The position numbers and the translations under genes were made by a program. 64,000 bases of DNA from Rhizaria sp. SCN 62-66 (lineage: Eukaryota). The stretch covers positions 1 to 64,000 of the forward strand of contig MEDY01000042.1 of assembly GCA_001724265.1 (NCBI GenBank), read 5' to 3'. Shown here piece after piece: positions 12,401 through 24,258 of the stretch. Numbering within the stretch: position 1 is the first letter of the stretch; the number at the start of each line of letters is the position of its first letter. Under the pieces are notes generated by a model. That model did no database searches. It had not been told where the DNA came from and saw nothing but the letters and a program-made list of their open reading frames with translations.

Positions 12401-15400
12401 ACTACCCCGCAGTGCACTTCCTGACTGCCTACACGCTGCACGTATTGCCGCTGGTGATGCGCGCGCCCGTCTCGGCCTTGCACCCTACGTTAGCGCTCAC
12501 CACGGCCGTCGCGCCTCAGACAGCTTCTGCGGCGATGGACGATTCCTCCGCTGCGCCCGGCTCGCACTCGCGCTCCGGATTCCTCTCGCCGCCCCCGCGC
12601 CGCGCTGCGCCCGCGCTGCCCCCGGCCCGCGCGGCGCCGCGCCCCGCCGCTGCGAGCGATGTCGCCGCCGATCCCATCCAGGCCGCTGCAGCTGCGGAGG
12701 AGCAGCGCAAGCGTGCTGACGCTGTCGCGGCGACTCAGCTGACCGCGCGCCGCGTGGCTGCGCGTGCCGCAGTGTTGGCGAACCCGCCGCCGCCGCTGCC
12801 CGTCGTGCCGCCCTCGTCTTTGGGTAACACCGAGACGCCGGTGATCTGCGCCTCGCACGTGTACTCGCTAATGGTTGCGTCCGGCGCTGGAATGGTGCTG
12901 CCGCGCGTGCTGGCGGCTTTCGGTGAGCTTGCGGAGTACGCTGCATCGCTTGAGCGCCACACCGCGGCGATCACGGCTCTGGAGGCGTCGGTGTCTGACA
13001 CGCGTGCGCGCAACAACGCACTGCTGGTTCGCCTGCAGCGCGCGACAAGAGACGCACAGACTGCCCGTGTGCGCCATCTCGCCTACGTTCACGGTGGCGG
13101 CGCCGCCGTGGCCTCGTCTGATGTTCCGGACACGCCTGCTGCGCGCCGTCGCCGGTCGCTGTTCGGCACGCTTTCGTCCGACGACAACAATGCTGCCGCG
13201 AACGCGACTCAAGGCGACGTGCGCACGTCGGACGGCGGGACCGTTCAGGTGTCGCTGTTGCCGTCATCGTCTGTGCACTCGTTCGGCGGGCCGACCGTCG
13301 TCACGCCCATGTCGTCTGCCTCTCAGGCGACTCTGGCGGTCTCCGACGAAGAGTCTCGCCTTGCTGCTGCTGTGGCTGAAGCGACCGAGGCTGCGGAGGC
13401 GCTTGCACATGAGTTTCAGTTGCGGCCCAAGATCAGCGACGTCGTTGCCCGCGGTATCGCTGCGTTGCCCCCGCTGCCGCCCACGCCCGCGCTCGCGATG
13501 CTGCCCGCCGCGCTGCGCCCCCCGTGGGTCTCGATCGAGCAGATGAACGCCGCGGTCGGCCGTGCCACGGCAATTCTCGCTCCTCCGGCTGCGTACGCTG
13601 GTGATGCAGACTCTGCTGCTGTCCCTGTTTCTGACGTTGTTGTTGATGCGGAGACTGGTGCTGTGACTATCACACTCGCCTCTGAACCTGCTGCACACGT
13701 CGATTATGAATGCCGCGCGGATAAGAACGTTAAGGATCAGCTTGTGCGTGCCGAAGAGGCCGCGCTCCCCGCAGCGCCTGAGGTAATGTCCGACGCTCTG
13801 TCCACAACATCTGATCTCGCTTCGAATCGTAGTGCATTGAGTCACTCGGCGCCGTCAGCGTCGCCGACTGCGGCTGAAGTTGCACTGAGCCCCATGGCGA
13901 GCAGTGCGCCTTCGTTCCGCGCGGGCGTCGATCTCGCGCCGCCTCCGCAGCACCTGGAGCCCGCCGTCTCTTCTGCGCCGTTCCATCACAGCAGGGCGCA
14001 GCATCGTGCGCAGGCGCCGGTGTGGAACGCGACGTGGGCGTCGAGCTCGCGCTGCTTTGCCGCTGGCCACGCACTCTGGCTCCGCACGGCGGTGATGTCG
14101 GCCGAGGATGCCGCAACGTCTCCGTTGTCGCTCCACGGGTACGTCTGCAGTCACCCGCTGCACCGCCCCTCGGCAGACGCCCAGCCGGCCGCGGCGCTCA
14201 CCACGGAAGTCGCAGAGGCGTACCACGGCTCGGCTGCGCTCCCGCTGATGTCGCTGCTGTGTCCCGCGGCGCCGCTGCTGGCGTTCGTGGCCCCGGCTGT
14301 GCCGGGCTCGCCCACGTGGTCCACACGCGTCCCCTTGGCGCCGACCGTGTTGTCGTCCTCCGCCAGCGGCGGCAGCTCGGCGCCCGCCGCGGAGGCCGCG
14401 GACATGATGCGCGCTGCCGCTGACCAGTCGTCGCTCCCGTCGCTAGTGTTGCACCGCGCCGCCACCGCTGCCGCTGGTGGCGACGAGGCGGTCGACGTGG
14501 AGGAAGGCGCGCGGTCGCTGTCGTTTTTGCTCGCAGTCCTCGATGCGGCCGCCACTGTGGCCGCCGCCGTGGGCAGCACGATCGACGCCTGGGGCCCCGC
14601 GATGTGGACTGCGGCCGGCGTGTCGCTGCTCGACCCCGTGTTCATCAGCTCGGCTCAACCCGACTCCGATATGAACACGCCGATATCCATCGCAATCGGG
14701 CTTGACACGGTGCCCAGCGTCGATGAGGATCCCGTGGCCGGTGGCACGCTGCTGCTGCCGTCCACGTTTGATATCGCGCCCCGGGCGGCAGCTCGCAGTG
14801 CGCTGCGCGAGTCTGTTGCCACGGGTCTTGTGTTCGGCCCCGGTGGTGCCGGTCTCCAGCTTGCGCTGCGCAGCCTTGCCATGGGCATCAACATGCTCTC
14901 GCGCCGCTCTCCCTTGGATGGACCGTCGTCTGTGCTGCCCAACTCTCTCGTTGCTGCCGCGACTGCGCATCTCTCCGTGCTGGCCGAGTCCGCCGCCCTG
15001 CGTCCCCCCGTCGCGCTGCACTCCATGTCGTCGGCGTCCTCACTGGTGTCCGCGAGTGAGAGCAGTCTTCTCCCTCCGCTGTCTGAGCATTTCATTGACA
15101 ACATGTGGCGCCACTCAGCGCTGGTCTCGGGCGCGCTCTACTCAGCTTCATCGGCGCTGCCCTACCTCTTCCAGTCGACGCCAGGAGCTACGCTGGCTGC
15201 CGCGATGGCTCTCGTTAACGCTGCCTCCTTCGAAAGTTCCGCGAGCAACGCCACCCGGACCCTCACGCTGCCGATTGCGCACCCGATTTTTAGCGCGTCG
15301 CCCTCTCTCACCGTGCCTCCGCTGCTTCCCCGCGCTGCGCTGGCCGCGAGCTTCACGCATGCCGCCGCGGCTAACATCGAGGGCACGTTTGTCGCGCCCC

Positions 15401-18400
15401 CGACGGTGGCCATTGCGGCCGCGTTGGCGTCCGCGCTCGAAGTGCGGGAGAGAGAGAACGCGGCGCGCGTGGGCCTTTTCGCTCGCGCCGCCTCGTCTTC
15501 CGCGGCCCTGCTGCATGAAGCGACTCCGCGTGCGAGCTTCTCGGGCCCCGCCAGTGTCGGCCACCACAGCGCGCACTCGTCCCAGGATTGGGGCGCAATG
15601 GCCGCTGCAGCCAGTCACGAATTCGATTGTGACAGCCCCGGCGGTAACCTCGCCCTCACGCTTGCGAATGCGATCAAGAACCACCGCGCCGGCATCGCAG
15701 CGGGCGCGTTGGCGTTGACGCCATTTGTCGGAACGGAAGGCTCTCTGCCCGCTGGCTGCGCTGAACCCGTCACAGGTCTTATGGCGACGACAGCTTCGTG
15801 CGCCGCTGCGCTGCTGTCTTCGGTTCCGCGTGTACTTTCGTCGTCCCCTGCCGTGGCCGCGGTTGAGTCCGCCGCTGTGCGGGGCGCTGTGCTCTCGCAC
15901 CCGCGTCTGCTCGCCCGCGCGCTCCGTGGCGACGAGGCTGCTCTTGCGGACGACTTGCTCGCCGTGTCCGAGGCCGCGCTGCTCGGCGGCTCGCTCAACT
16001 TCATTCCGCTCGAGGCCTACGCGGTGTCGGCGGCGGAGGGGCTCGCCGCCGAGGCTGACGCCGACGCGCACATCGCCGCGCTCAAGGCTGCGGCTATTGC
16101 GGCTGAGTTTATCCACGGCGACGGCAATGTTTCACCGGCTGCTGCGGCTACGGCTGCTGTGAATGCGGTTGGACTGCCGCTCTGGGCGCAGGCCGGCGTG
16201 CCGAATGTCCCGCTTCCGCAGTCTTTAGCGCTCAGCGACCCTGTGGACCCACCCATGGGCCCTGCTGTGTCGGGGCTGCTGCCGTTGTACGATCTCGGCC
16301 GTGGCGCGCGCGTGCGCGGGCCCAGTGCTGGTGTTGCGGTGTACGCGCTCGCGAACTCCGCGGACGGCGCTGCGCCCGAGGCCGATGTGCTTCTGCATCT
16401 GCGGTTGCTGCCTGACTGGAGCATCCCTTCCGCAGCTGGCGCTCCGCGCGCGGTTGGCCGCGCTGCGGCGCACGCTACTGCGTTGGCGACACCGTCGCTT
16501 CTGCTGCCGCCGCCGCTGCCCCGCGACGTCATGGTCGACTTGCTCACGCACCCTGCTCGCGTTCCAGCGGTCGCCAGCGCCGCTGCTGCGGTTGCCGCTG
16601 CTATGGGTCCGACTGCTAGTGCGGTTAACAGCGCATCTAGCGCACTTGCGTTCACGGAAAGCGGCGCACGCGAGATTTCTGAGGACTCTGCTGATTCGCA
16701 TGTCGAGGATTTTTCCGAGGATATGCCCGCTTTCCTGTGTGGTGACGGCGCGCATGCTTTGATGGCGCTCTCTTCCAGTACCGCGACTACCCCCGCGCAT
16801 TGCCTTACCGATGCCCCGCGCACCGCTTCGCGCCCATCGCTGCGCGCGCCGACGACGGGCCTCCTGCCCGGCGCAGTGGGCGCTGGCATGGGTGCGACCA
16901 CGGTCGGCGGCGTCCTTGCGTTTGCTGAAAAGAACTGCTCCGGCGCAGCTCCGTCGGCGCGCTGCGAGCGTTTCTGGTACGAAGCACCTGCGGCCTTGGC
17001 GAATGCGCGCAGTGTCAACAGTGTGACGACGACAACCACGACGACTGTGCTCGGTGGGTCTATGACGACGACCACCTCAACCACAACCACGATCACCACG
17101 GTCACGTCCACGCCCGTTGCGAAGACATTTTCGCTCTCGCGCGGCTATGGCCTTGCGCTGCCTCAATGCGACGCGAGCGCCGCCAAAGCGGCCCCGCTTC
17201 TGCGCCAAGGCCTTGCTGCGCCCCCACCCGCGACACGCATGGCGTTCCCGGCCGCCACTGTCTCCGCGTTGCTCGCGCACGTCTCGCGCCTGGCGCCAAC
17301 TCTCTTTGGTGCCGTGCGCGGAGTCGCGGCGCTCGCCCCCTGCGCCTGCACTGACGGCGCGTGCGCTGGGTCGCCATGGGAACGCGTTGTGAAGCGTGAG
17401 AACGGAGTCTGGGTTGACGCTGATCCTGCGTCGACTGATGCCGCCTCGTGTGCTGAGGCAACGGGGCTGTCGCAGTGGCTTTCGAGTGAACTGCAGGAGC
17501 TGCTGCATGTCGGTGGCGGACTCGCACGCACATGCCGGTTTGTGTCTGCGGTTGCACGATCGCGCTCGCGGACATTGCCGCATGCGGGCAATGCTGCTGT
17601 GCGCGCCGTCGCGGAGCTGGCTGCGCAACTTCCAGAAACGTACCCGTGCTTGCATGCCTTGCGCCGAGCTGTGTTGACTCTGTCGTGTGCCGAGAACGCG
17701 TTGATCTTACGCGCCGGGGTTGCCCTGCAGCCTGTCACCTCGCGCATCGCTGCGCGTGGCAAGGGTTTACAGCCCCATGCTGTTCCCGCACCTGCGCCTG
17801 CACCGCAAGGACGTGCGGACGCGGAGCAGACTGCTGCTGCTCTTGCTGGCCTTGCCGGGGCGCCGGCGCACATCACAGCGACGGCTCCGCTGGTGCGCGC
17901 CCAGGCGGCACACGCTCTGGCAGCGCTCGCGCAGGCGCAACACAGCGCATATGGTGTCGAAACGAATAACTCGCTGCCACTGGGTGCGCCTGGCGACTCC
18001 AGCCCACGCACCGCGGCTGCAGGCTGTCTCTTCGATGTTGCCTCCGGTGTAATGACTGTGGGTGCAATCCCGCATCAGGCTGAGAGCTCGCAGAACATGT
18101 TAAATACTCCCAGCGACGCTGCGGCTGCACTCCTGACGCTCATGTTCCCGCCTGCGGCCTCTGCACTCGCGTGTGTGCGCCACAGCTCTTCACAGAAGGC
18201 TGCTGCTCTCGCAACCGCAAACCGCCGACGTGCGTCGTCGGCGACGGGCCGCGGCAGTGGCGCCAACAGCCCTGTGCATGGCGTCCCTTCCTCGCCGAAG
18301 ACGACTGTCAACGAGGGCTCTATCCTTGCGCTGGCCACTGCAGCCGCCGCAGCCGCCGGCTCCCTCCGCATGGGATTTCGTCGCCCTCTGTCTGCGGTTA

Positions 18401-21400
18401 ACGACGATGCCGCGTCCGCCGGTGCCGGTGCTGCGGATGCCGTGTTCCTGGGCTACCGTGGTCCGTCATCGCCGCCTCAAATGCACGCGGACCTCACGTC
18501 CGCCGCTGCTGTTGCGGCGTCCTCCGCTGCGGGTGCCAGCAGAGCATCGCGGTCACGCCGCGTCCGCGCTGTGCGCGCGCGTGCCCGCATGCGCCAGCGT
18601 GCGCGTGCATCGGGCACTGGCGCTCTGAACGTGCATGGGAGCGCTGCGAACCCTTTGGCGAGCTCCGTTGGTTCCGCCGCCTCCATCCAGACCGCGGCGA
18701 CGTACATCAACCGCCAGCGCGCGCGTGCCCGTGGCGGTGCGGTACAGCGCCAGAACCCGGCCGCATCGCCCGCAGACTGCGCGGTCGGGATGTCGGAGCC
18801 GCGCCGGTGGGCCGCTGGTGCGGACGCGCAGACGTGGCTCGAGTCGGTGGCGTTGGACGCTCCTCACGCTTCAGCCGATGGCTCTGCTGCAGCGGCGGAA
18901 AATGCGCCCATTACGACTCCTAGAGATGGGACTGGGGATGTCGGCGAGGTCTTTGTGATGCAGGATAAGGACACGGTTATCGCGTTGGTGCGGTCCTTGC
19001 CGACTGGCCCCATGCCACCCGTTCTCCTCGCGCGCGCGCAGGCGATTGCGTTGGCTGCCGCGCAGTCGTGGATCTCGCCTACTTCATCTGCAGTCGCTGC
19101 AGCGCCGGTTTCGGCCGCCGTAACAGTGGTTGCTTCCGCGCCTACCACAGGAGCCGCAAACCCGCGCCCTGCCGCTTCTACGACGACGATTGCGAGCGCT
19201 GCTGGTGCTGGGGCTTCATCTTCCAACTCAGTTCGTCCCGCGAGTGCTGTGGTTGCCGAAGCAGACGTGAGCCGGACACCTGCACCGAGCTCTGCGGCTG
19301 CAGCCCTTGTGAAGCAGCTTTCCTACGGTGGTTCGACCGCTTTTGTCGCCACTCGCCCGCCGCGTCAGCGTGCGTCCGAGAGCGGCACTGCGTTTGTTCC
19401 CGCTCCATCGGCCGACGTGTCTGCATATGCACTGGCCCAAGCTCAGGAGTTTCTTGCTAATCGTGAAGTCACGCGCTCCCGTCGCGTTGTCCGTGCTGTG
19501 CGCACACTCCGCCGCGCGCGTGCGCGGGCTGCGGCTGCGGCGGCTGCGGCTGCGGCGGCTGATGCTGCAGAGGCTGGATCGGCGCCGGTCGCCGCGCAGA
19601 GCGCGTCTGCTCCGGCGTTGGCGGACTGGGGCGAGTCATTTTTTACCGCGCTGGCTCCTGCACTGGCACACAGTGTGCATGGCCTGCTCGCTGCGAGCGC
19701 AGGCTATGCAGCACCGCTCGCGCTCCTCACATCTGTTGTTGCACCGAGCCTTGTTGAGGCAACGGACTTTATCATGCCACCGCCAGTGCCTGTGAGCGCG
19801 GCTGTTCAGGAGCGGCGTGCGTACCCTGACGTTAGCACTGACATCGCTTCGATTGCCGTCGAGATTGAGACGCCATTTACTGTCAGCACGACGAATAACG
19901 GCGATGATGATGATGACGAGGATGACGAAGAGTACGATGACACCGCTGCCAAGGCGTTATCTGCGCGTCCCGCTGCAAATACGCCTGCTCAGCCCTCACA
20001 CAAGCGTCAGGCGAGCATTGCGAAGTCGACAGTTAAGATAGAGGTGCTCTCAGAATTGGGCAGTGAAGAAAGTACTGCTGCAACCGCCCTGGGATGCAAC
20101 ATAGAGCCCTTCTGGACGCCTACCACCGCTCAGCCCTCTTTTGCGGCTTCGACACCGGCATCCGGCAGGAAAAAGCACCGGCACCACGTCGCTGACCTGT
20201 TACTGCTGCTGGCGCTGCATCCGCCTGTGCACACCAACACCGGCGGCGTGGCAGCAGACGTGCCTGCGGCGCAGGCTGCCAGCGCGAGCTCGCCTGCCGC
20301 GTCGCCCGCGCCAGGCCCGCGCCGGACCGCGCTGCTCTCGGCGCCAAGCACCCCGCACGGTGGAGCTGCCTGCGGTGCGGCTGCGGGCTTGAATGCCGGC
20401 GTCGGCGCTGGTGCGAGTGGCAACAACGCGCTTTGGGGTGCCACTGCGCATGGCAGTGTTGGCGGTGCGATGGACGGTGACTGGACTCCGCCGGTCGTGT
20501 CGACGTTGCTGTCCCTCGCCGCGCTCTCGCCACTTGCGCTGGCGAACCGCTCGCGCCCGCACTTCTATCTGCCGCTGCTCGTTGCGCTCGCGCTGCCCGT
20601 GCGTTCTCTGCTGTCTCCGCACGGACTGCCGTCCTCAGCCGCGCTGGCACCTCTATCTGGCGTGCTCACGGCCGCGGACCGCGCCTCTGCGCTGCCGCAG
20701 TGCGCGCTGCCGCCGCAGCTGTTGGCGTTACTGTTCACCGGCGCGACCGCGCCTGGTAGCAGCTCTGCGGCCGCGAGTGGAACGCCGTCCACTGCACCCA
20801 GCCCCAGCCACGGAGCACCACCAGTGCCCTCAGTGGCAGTAGTCATTGCGGCGGCCCTGGAGCCCGTAGCGGCAGCGCTAGAGTACCCTGTTTTCTCAGG
20901 CACCACGGCCGCGACGTGCTTCGGTGGATTCGATGGCAGCCGCACTGGGACGTGGCTGCCAGGCACCGGCCTTAATGTGGTCGGTGGCGGCAGTTGCGCT
21001 GATGACGGCAGTGTCAGCAGTATCATGCGGCCTCAGTCTGTGGCAAGTGGCGATTCAGCAGCTGGCGAGAGCGAAACTGGCACACCGTTTGGTTTACCTT
21101 CTGTGACACTGCAATTTTCCACTGCTGCCGGCGGCGCGGTCACGCCAGGATATGCACGGAACAAGGTTGCTGCTCGTGCGGCGTCGCGCATTGCGCGTCA
21201 GATGTCGATGACGACTCAGCAACACAGCGGTGGCGCGCAGGAGCTGGGTACCAGTGAAGTTGCTCAACAGGCGCCAACAGTTGTTGTTGTCGCTCCAACA
21301 GCGAACTATGGTGGCAGCACGCGCATGGGAGACTCTGTCTCCATTGCCGCCTCATCAGCGGCTCATGGTGGCGCAGTGACAATGGTTGCTGAGTTGGCTG

Positions 21401-21516
21401 CTGCGGTGGAGCGGCTTGTGCGCCACACAGAGTCAGCTAATGATTGGGATGCTGCGGTCCACTTTAACCCAGTTAAGTATCTGCACAAGATTCTACAACA
21501 CACAGGCATGATGTGA
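2486..21516 (+). CDS. Giant (~6,270 aa) Ala-rich protein of unknown function with dispersed repeats and a possible C-terminal Dpy-30/RIIa-like D/D motif; one apparent frameshift at ~10397-10399
   Basis: ORFs 2486..10444 and 10111..21516 overlap and the coding-like frame switches right after a 15-bp tandem repeat. A shared LxxPxC motif occurs on both sides. Probable intron 2536..2760 (GTATAG...TTTAG, phase 2). Ends TGA 21514-21516 before an AT-rich spacer. Confidence 0.65.
3374..3418 (+). repeat. (CAG)15 microsatellite encoding poly-Gln
   Basis: 15 perfect CAG units in frame. Confidence 0.9.
10307..10396 (+). repeat. Coding minisatellite (GCTGCCGAGCCCGCC)x6, encoding AAEPA x6
   Basis: Six exact 15-bp units ending immediately before the frame switch. 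Confidence 0.9.
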
Positions 21517-22317
21517 CCGCCTGCATTTTTACTGTGATGATATATTTTCTGTGAAAACAAAATAAGCAGCGTTTTTATTTCCTAATTCAGATGCGTCTAC
21601 ATATCAGACTTCGGCGTTTGTGCAAGGTTACGTTACCATCTATTCTCGTGACCGCACTGTAAGAGTCGAAATGAAATACGCATCAGCAATGTTTGAGAAG
21701 TAAAAAATAAGTGTATGATGTGACAACGGCAAGATCTGGAGAAGAAACTCAAAATAGACTCGCTATTCAACACGACAAGCAAGAGTGGTAGGAAGTAGGT
21801 AAAGGCAGCAACAAAGCAACAGATAAACTGACAGGGTGATGTCGCGATTTGCTTCTTCGACTTATTAAACCTATGGTGGGTGCACGGGCTCTGGTGACCT
21901 GTTCTCTATTAAACTTGGAGAGGTTGTCCTTCTTGGCATTAATGAATGCAGCCGAGTTAGTGAAGGTGACGCCAATCCTTGTCAAGAAGCCCAGCACCGC
22001 CAAGCGTGGCTGGTGCTGCACAGAGCGTGTTCTCCGTCTTAATAGGGAAGTCTCAGCCGTTGTGGCATCTATACACGAGGCAGGTAAAGCGTAACATAGC
22101 GCTCAAGGAAAACTTTACGGCTTTCACACCGCAGGCGACTAAAAAGCCGTGAAACTCAATATTTTCGGAGAAATCAACTATTGAGGAGTGCACGAATAGC
22201 GCGCATCAACTCAAGAACTGCATTCGCAATCTCGGGCCAAGCCATGATATCGCGGTCAGGTCAGAAGAAGACATATTTTTCTGCGCAATTTTTATCATAT
22301 TGTTCCTCACCTCGATA

Positions 22318-23258
22318 TCATTGAGATGATTCCGGCGTCGTACTCGTACTTGCTAGCAGTGCCGCCGAAGAGCTCCTGCTCGCTGAAGATTCGTGCACAG
22401 TTGCGTCCGTGTTGACAGGGCTGTAGCCAGCGGCGGCGAAGAGGTCGCGCAGCAACGCGCGGTCAAGCGGGCAGCGGCACTGCAGCTCGTCAAGCACGTG
22501 CCTTAGCTCGGGCTCCGCGGGCTCCACGAAACCGACCGACATCGGCAGGTCCAGCAGCAGCTAGTATGCTGCGCCGCTGAGCGCAACGACGGACAGACAT
22601 TCCCCGAGGATGTGTTGGTGTGGCTCTTGCAAGCAGGGGATATTGTCTGCGTCGACCTGCGAATATATCGTGTTGGGCTTGGGCTCCCTCGGGTACACAG
22701 GCTTGGCGTCAGGCGCATAGAGATGAGCGGGCGTGCGTGCACGGGCCTCATAAGGGCGCGTCGCGGCCTGTAGGTGGCGCGGACCGTCAATGAAGAACAA
22801 CACAGCGTTTGCAACCTGCCACATCACAGTATCAGCGGCGCCTCCCTAACAAGGAAGGAGGCCAGCTTCCTCCTCCTCCTCCTTACCCTCAGGCGCAGCA
22901 GGCGTGGGCTTCTCACCCGATACCGGCTGTGCCTCGTCCGCCTCCTCGTAAAGCGCCGCGTTCTTGTCGTCAACAAAAAAAGCAAACGACTTCGAGTGCA
23001 TCGGTGTCGGACAACTGATTCACGCTGTCCACGGGCTCCTGCACCGGCAAGGCAAGACTGGGTAGGGTCGCGGCGCGCTGGCACAGCTTGGAGCCCCGCC
23101 TTGAGTCTGGGATGGCCAGCTCCAGCCTAAGCACGTCTCTTCAGCATCAGCACTCTTAGGCGCCACCATCCACGTGCGAGCGCCGCGCTGCATACCCTGT
23201 ATTTCGCCTTCACCATCTGTGCGTCACCGTGCCGAGCATCCTTGTTAACGTCGCCACT

Positions 23259-23290
<32 letters not shown>

Positions 23291-23435
23291 TGTTGTCGTT
23301 GTTGTTGCTGCTGCATCGACAACTGTAAGGTTTTTGTCGTTGTCATCGTCAGAGTCGCAGTCACGGTTCCTCGTAAGAATAAAGTTACTAACGACAGCCG
23401 AAGCAAGCGTGCGTTGAGCTGCAGCTGTTTGACAT
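22318..23435 (-). pseudogene. Degenerate or mis-assembled gene, unknown product
   Basis: GC-rich island. Protein-like frame 22980->22318 (FVDDKNAALYEEADEAQP...LDRALLRDLFAAAGY...) contains two TAGs. Upstream, the protein-like text changes frame several times (near the A7 run at 22975-22981, ~23138, ~23222, and in the GTC/GTT repeat ~23259-23316). Upstream boundary approximate. Confidence 0.45.
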
Positions 23436-24258
23436 ATTGTATTTCATTCTTCGGCAGACTGTGAGATATCTCGAAGGCCATCAACAAAACTCTCACACCT
23501 AACCAAATCTACAAATACTTATATCATATTCATACTGAAATATATACAAACATAAACTGCATAATCATTGATGAAAATACAGTACACATAAATCACAATA
23601 TCTTGATTTGGTAAGCTAAAAGCAACATACAATGGATGTGTACAAATAATATAAGCTCACAAACAAATGCGTGAACTTTACAACAACTCTTGGATGCTAT
23701 ATCGGCGAGTATATGCTCTAAATCGAGTTGCAAGCAAGAAATACATGTTTCTCATATACAAGATGTTATAACAATTACATTTTCAAACATTAATACGTGA
23801 GAGTCATGTTTGCCAGAGATATCGTTAGATTTGTGCTTAAATCCAGCCCATTGCTCCGTGCTGTGGTAGTTCTCAGTGGTCTCGGCTTTGTCAGTCAAGA
23901 CGAAGCGGGACTCTAGTCCAAGTTATCCAGATGACTCGACGTCAAATAGCATTAGATTCTGTTCATTTATAGATATATATAATGACGCATTGCATTATTT
24001 TATGAACACATTTAGGCAGTGTCTATGAGATGTACGAGGTCAGGTTTTAGAGACTCAGTCTGTTCGATTCAACCGTGACAATCCATTTCTTGGAGAAATG
24101 GCCCTGCAGACTCAAATGACATCTTGTTCGAAATTTAGGCGCTCTGACGTGTTTTATCTCTTGCCTCACACATTATACTTTACTGGTGCGCTGGATTGAT
24201 CTTATTTTGTCACGGTAAGCTCTTCTTTTGAGCTGCTCGCTAAACTCACGGTTGCATC

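Noticed and set aside
21767-22094. Short ORFs on both strands in the spacer
   Set aside because: No recognisable homology, splice structure or codon bias; possibly a relic but unsupported.
23862-23930. GGA-CTCTAG-TCC hairpin as the anticodon arm of a CUA suppressor tRNA
   Set aside because: 6-nt loop, 3-bp stem, no T-arm or acceptor stem visible.
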